Below are positions 53,650 to 64,000 of a stretch of DNA of 64,000 nucleotides, in pieces. Each line of letters opens with the position of its first letter. Within the stretch, counting starts at the first letter, position 1. The notes beneath the pieces were generated by a model that was given only the letters and a program-made list of their open reading frames with translations, did no database searches and was not told where the DNA came from. This stretch comes from Eledone cirrhosa. Lineage: Eukaryota. The DNA is taken from assembly GCA_964016885.1 (NCBI GenBank), contig OZ024743.1:171058001-171122000 (forward strand), written 5' to 3'. Made by a program: the position numbers and the translations under genes.

Positions 53650-56600
53650 ACATAGAATATTAATCTGCATTTAGATCATAATATGTGTTTACATAGTAGT
53701 TTCAGTATTAGGAAATGTAAGAAAGAAGGCAAAATTATGCATTTTAATATAAGTAGACTATTAATTATAGGTTAACTAAATTAAAGATAGTTAATATATT
53801 GATTTCTAAGGTGTATACTATTTAGGTTTATAATATTTGAAGCGGAATTTTGAAGTTAAATAGTAGTAGGGTATTAATTATAGTATAACTAAATTAAAAT
53901 TATTAACGTTATGGTATCAATATTAGGAAATGAATTTAGTAATAGGGAAAAAAACCAAATAAAGTATTACATCGGTAGTAGAATATAAATTATAGGTTAA
54001 CTAAATTAAAAATTATATATTAATTTCTATAGTATATGTTAATTAGGTTTATAATAATTATAACAGATATTGTATTTTATCTATAGTAGAATATAATTAT
54101 AGGTAAACAAAAATTAAAATTAATATATACACACATATATATTCATATATATATACACACACATATATATATATATACATATACACATACATATATATAT
54201 ACATATTTTTTCAAAAATTGCAAAGAATATATTAACTAGGTATACATCTAAAACCTATCTCAGTCTATGATTATATGACACTCTGCAATCCATCTGTATT
54301 AGGATTTTAATTTTAAGCCAATTAAATTAAATTTTTAGGTTAACCAAATTAAAACCAAATTATAATTATATTTCTAAATTGTACATTAATTAGGTCTATA
54401 ATATTAAAAAATATTTCTCTGTCATTGAATACACGATATTTTGTTAAATTTTATCTGTAAAGGAATTTTAATAAAAGGTTAAATAAATTAAAATTAATCT
54501 ATAAATTAATTTACAAAGTATATATTAGTAATATTTAAAAGTTTTTCACAATTTATGATTACACAATATTTTATAATCTCATCTGTAGTAGAATTTTAAT
54601 TAAATTAAATTTATAGGTTAACTAACATTTAAATTAAATTATATGTTAATATCTAAAATAATGTTATTAATTAGGTTTATAATATTTAAATGTTTTTCTT
54701 AGTTTATGATTACACGATATAATTAATTCCTGTCGTTTATTTAATAGGATATCCTTAGATTTCATTATTTCAAATAGTTCTTGGGAACATAATCTACATT
54801 CATTTCTATTATTTTGATAAGGGGTGGCTCTTTTGAGCACACTCCAGGTCATATCATATTCTATATTCTTATTTTTATAACTATTGATTTTTTCTGCTAG
54901 AGATGTTGTATTAGCCAGTGCGGCATTTTTAAAACTATGTTTGTGGGTATTAAACCTTACCTTAAAATTGTTAGAAGTAGCTCCTATATATGAGCAAATA
55001 GAATCTTTAGTTTTAACATTACATTTATAAACTATGTTGTTAACAAGACAATTTCCTTTTAATGGGCAGTTTGCTTTGTTTCTACAGTTACAACCTTTCG
55101 TTAATTCTGTATTTGAGGAGATATTATGGTTAGTTTGATGTATTGGTGGTATACTTATGGTATTCTTACATTTATATGCATTATAGGCACTTATATTTTG
55201 TTTTATGTTATTGGTTGTTGAGTATGAGAATTTAACTGTAGACCTATTTAAGATTTGATGGTATTTGTGGTTTGGCGGGAAGTTTTTCTCTAGGATATAA
55301 AAAATTTTTTTAGCAATATTATCCTTAATTTGTAAATTAAATGGAGCATTATACCAAGTAACTCGTCTATTACGGTTTCTATGTTGTTTATTATTTTTAT
55401 AGGTTGTATCGTGATGTTTACTAGGAGGATTAATGTTAATGATCTCACCACGCACATTTTTAGTTAGATTTATAGATTTAGGTGTTTTATCTTGTTTATT
55501 AAGAGTTTTATTATTAACATTTATTAGAGTTGTATGATGAGTAGTTTTTTGAGAGTTACTATACTTTATATTAGAAGAGTTGTTGGTATTTTTGGGTATA
55601 GTGTGGGTGGCATTTAGGTGTGTACTTTTCATTTGGTGTTTGTTGGTAATATTAGGTTGTATGTTTATAGTATTTTTATTTTTAGTAGAAGGTATATATT
55701 CTAATCTATTTTTGTGGCCACTTCTATCTAGAGCTTCATTATAGAAGGTCGCATTTTTATCAAATACATCTTGGTTAGAAGAAAGGTTAGAAATTCTAAG
55801 TGATATATTATATGCAAGGTTTTTAAGGATAGATTTAGGGTGATTAGATTGTGAGTGTATGTAGTGTAAGTTTTGGTTGGGTTTATGGTAAGGTTGGTAG
55901 ATACCCGTAGCTAAGTCTAAAGTTATATCTAGGAAATTTACTACTTTACTTGTTTTTTCAAAAGTAATATGAAGACTATAATAGTCTTTAAGGAAAGTTC
56001 TAATATGCTTTTTGTTTTTTCTATTTCTGAAAGGCTAAGGTTGTTGGAAAGAAGAAGACAGTCATCACGATATAAACCACCTTTAAGGTGGGGAAAGGAG
56101 GCATTTATGTTGAAAAGGAGAAAGAGGCCCACAAGATCAGTAATTTGGGCGGAATCGCTTGAACCCATAGTAATATCAAATAGATTACTATATGTGTTTC
56201 TGGTCCAGTATTCATTCTGAAATTCAATAAATGTTAGTCTAGCATGTGTCATATTAATGTCATCCAAAGTTAAGTTAGATCTATTTTTAGCAAATATCAA
56301 TGCTTTGTTCAGGAGTATAGGTGATATAGAAGAATAGTAATTATCTATATCAAATTGTAGAAATGAAGCAGAAGATTTACATCTAATATTTTTAAACCAG
56401 TTAATTACCTGGGAAGTGTTTTCCCAGAGTGGTAAATTAACGTGTTTTCTTATTTGTGGGATGACTCTATCCAAAATTTTTTTGCTAATTATTCCAATAT
56501 CAGATTTGGAGGGACATATAAGTCTTATAGAAGGATTTGAGTTAAAGTTTGATTTATGATCCTTCAGGTTGAAGTGTGGTCTTTTCAATGCCAAAGGTTC

Positions 56601-57340
56601 AGTTCTATCTTCAATGTTTAGTTTTTTTACTATGTTGTGTGTTTTGTTTATTGATGTTGGTGAGTGACGCATTATTAGATTTTTTATAATTTTTCCTGAG
56701 TTCTTTATATATGAACTCATTATAATCTTCAATATCCATGTGATACAAGTTACCAGTTTTGTCCGAGTGGACATGGATTTTTTTAGACTTTTTTAGGTCC
56801 AATAGGGTAGAATCAAGGTCCTTTTGAAAGACAGATTTATACTTCTTAAATTTGAGGTGTTTAATTAAATTAAAAAGGTCTTTCTCAAAGTCTTCAAGTA
56901 AAGAGTTGTGTGGTGGATTCTTGTAAGTATTGAAATCATACATATATTTCCTATCTGCATAATTAGATTTTTTATCGAAGTGGTAGGCCCTCCATCTAAC
57001 TCTTCTGATAAATTGGTTGGTTTTTTGAATCATAAGGAGTAAGAAGTCATCCTTAGAAGGTATTGGTATATTCTTTAAAGAGGTTCCCAAGTATTGTTTT
57101 TCCATTGTGATATGGATGATGGACAATTGAAAGAGCTCAACTAACTGTATATGGGTTTACAAAATCATACATATATATGTATATACATAAATATAAAATT
57201 AACACACACATACAGTATCTTGACTCTGTATTCCGTTTATCTTTCACCGAAAGTGATTTTTCATTGCATTTCTTCTTTCCATGATATCCGGATTACATTG
57301 AGTTCTTCATACGGATTGGACACTACCGTAAACTCTTGGT
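53650..57340 (-). mobile_element. Near full-length Naiad-type PLE with AT-rich repetitive 3' UTR
   Basis: SLKNIPIPS, FIRRVRWRA, SDKTGN, FDIDNYY, FDITMGSSDSAQ, GGLYRDD, CNCRNKANCPLKGNCL, YIGATS, CRLC. Confidence 0.9.
54667..57126 (-). pseudogene. PLE RT-GIY-YIG polyprotein, frameshifted
   Basis: ORFs 56611-57126, 55941-56774 and 54667-55632 are successive pieces. Confidence 0.92.
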
Positions 57341-57349
57341 AGATTTATC

Positions 57350-57388
<39 letters not shown>

Positions 57389-57427
57389 CTTCCACAATAC
57401 ACGACAAACCCACATGTATATATATGT

Positions 57428-57465
<38 letters not shown>

Positions 57466-57500
57466 ACATATATATGTATACATATATACACACACACACA

Positions 57501-57642
<142 letters not shown>

Positions 57643-57697
57643 GTGTATATATATATGTATAAATGTACATATATATATATATGTATATATATATATG

Positions 57698-57876
<179 letters not shown>

Positions 57877-57891
57877 ACATATATATGTATA

Positions 57892-58107
<216 letters not shown>

Positions 58108-58120
58108 GTATATATATATG

Positions 58121-58155
<35 letters not shown>

Positions 58156-58274
58156 GTATATATATATAAAGGTTTACATATATATATATATACATATATA
58201 CATATACGTGTTTTGCAACGGATCACTTTGTGGTTCAATGAAAAGTTAATAAATTAAATAATCAGTGCTATATA

Positions 58275-58932
58275 TCATAAAACATGTCTATAGAATCACC
58301 AGACAAAATATATACCATTTCGTCTCCCAATTAGCATAATTAACCATATGAAAAATCGAATAGACCAGGCTATAAGAATAAGGCTTCTATGAAGACATCT
58401 CCAACAAATAACCGAAACCAGCCCTTCGCGTCGGCTGCGACGGAATATTTATCGAATATTTCGACAGCGTAATCGCCCAGATATACAGTCAATTAAACAG
58501 AATTAGGCTGCTACGTCACGATTCTTAGCCATTTCTGAATGTATTCTTGGCGCGATCACTTTCGAAAATTTATTGTCTAGATTTGAGCTAACTCCTGAAG
58601 AGTCCAGTGCTCAAGGTTCCGAAGTTATCGGTAATCTTAAAATGCGGACGAAACCAAGGTCGGGGTAAATAAATGTATTCTCTTTTCTCCTAGTTTATTT
58701 TACACCTAATTCTGTTTAATTGACTGTATATCTGGGCGATTACGCTGTCGAAATATTCGATAAATATTCCGTCGCAGCCGGCGCGAAGGGCTGGTTTCGG
58801 TTATTTGTTGGAGATTTCTTCATAGAAGCCTTATTCTTATAGCCTGGTCTATTCGATTTTTTATATCGGTAATTATGCTAATTGGGAGAGGAAATGGTAT
58901 ATATTTTATCTGGTGATTCTATAGACATGTTT

Positions 58933-58938
<6 letters not shown>
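58275..58938 (+). mobile_element. ORF-less fold-back element: about 233-bp inverted repeats around a 200-bp HHR-containing loop
   Basis: 58275-58507 is the reverse complement of 58705-58938. Confidence 0.9.
58590..58666 (+). ncRNA. Type I hammerhead, homologue of 40384-40462
   Basis: ACUC-CUGAAGA-GUCC...GGAC-GAAA-CCAAGG-UC-GGGGU; GUC triplet. Confidence 0.85.
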
Positions 58939-59024
<86 letters not shown>

Positions 59025-59034
59025 AGAACAAAAG

Positions 59035-59220
<186 letters not shown>

Positions 59221-59310
59221 TTCTTAGGGTACTACTTCGCTTTTCACTATTCGATATGTATATATATATATAGTTAAAAGAATAGAGGTGTAACACACCT
59301 GTTATTATAT

Positions 59311-63149
<3,839 letters not shown>

Positions 63150-63150
63150 G

Positions 63151-63201
<51 letters not shown>

Positions 63202-63304
63202 ATAATAATAATAGTAATAATAATAAAATTGAAGACTAAAATCCAAAGAGGGCTCGATAAGGAAAATATATATCAAATATATAAAAACCGTAGAGCAAAT
63301 ATTT

Positions 63305-63735
63305 ATTAAAATAACAGATTAAAGTTTAAGCAAAGAATCGCTGCTTTCACCCTTAACGGGATCTTCTGAAACTAACAAAGTCAATCTGTAAACGCAGAAC
63401 TGGATATTTCAAAAAATGTTGCAACCGGAGGAAGACAGTAAGACGATACTTTGGTTCGTGGAAACGTTCGCTGGCAAAGAACGGGAAAAAAGGAATATAA
63501 TACGTCATTAATAGGAGCGGTGAAAAACAATTACGCGCAAAGACAGAACCACGTTTATGGTATAAAAGAGGTCGTAGACTAATGTTCTCTTAGGTGGTGC
63601 ATAGAGACGTTCTCTGGCAATGAACGAAAAAACGAAGATAATACGTCATATGTGGAGCGTGGAGAACAATAGCACGCAAAGACAAAACCACGTAAATGGT
63701 ATAGCAGAAGTCGTAGACTAAAATTCTAACTAGGA
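63305..63735 (-). mobile_element. Fragment of the Helitron 5' region plus a 143-bp tandem duplication
   Basis: 63307-63430 is the reverse complement of about 16190-16305 and 18255-18360; 63464-63594 resembles 63607-63734. Confidence 0.7.
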
Positions 63736-64000
63736 GACCAAATGAATCTCCGCTACAGAGTTAAGAACAAAGTAAATAAATACAATACAGAAGTAATAGA
63801 AATAAATAAATACATACACGCAAACAAATACGTACATACACGAGCATACGCAAAAACTTACCATAGGTATACAAAACCCCGCACATATAAATATGTGTGT
63901 GTGTGTATGCGTGTATACAAATAAATAAATAATTATATAAACAGATATAAATAAATAAATACGTATATAACAAGCGCACACACATACCTTCATATAAACA

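Overview
Eukaryotic (animal) repeat-dominated DNA with no recognisable host gene. The SINE and LINE repertoire and the extreme (TA)n/(CA)n content resemble an octopus-like mollusc genome; this is inference only. The window holds a 37-bp minisatellite, one LTR-bounded Gypsy retrotransposon, and about ten decayed Penelope-like elements (PLEs, RT + GIY-YIG) from at least three lineages, many with long inverted duplications of their 3' ends. It also holds CR1/L2-group, RTE and CRE-like LINE remnants, seven copies of one tRNA-derived SINE, and internally deleted Helitrons with an associated 27-bp satellite. The most interesting layer is RNA. At least ten type I hammerhead ribozyme (HHR) motifs are visible. 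Several lie in ORF-less units that are terminally redundant 535-656-bp monomers (retrozyme/circRNA-like) or fold-back palindromes. All folds and alignments were done by eye and boundaries are approximate. Most ORFs in the supplied track are microsatellite or antisense artefacts.
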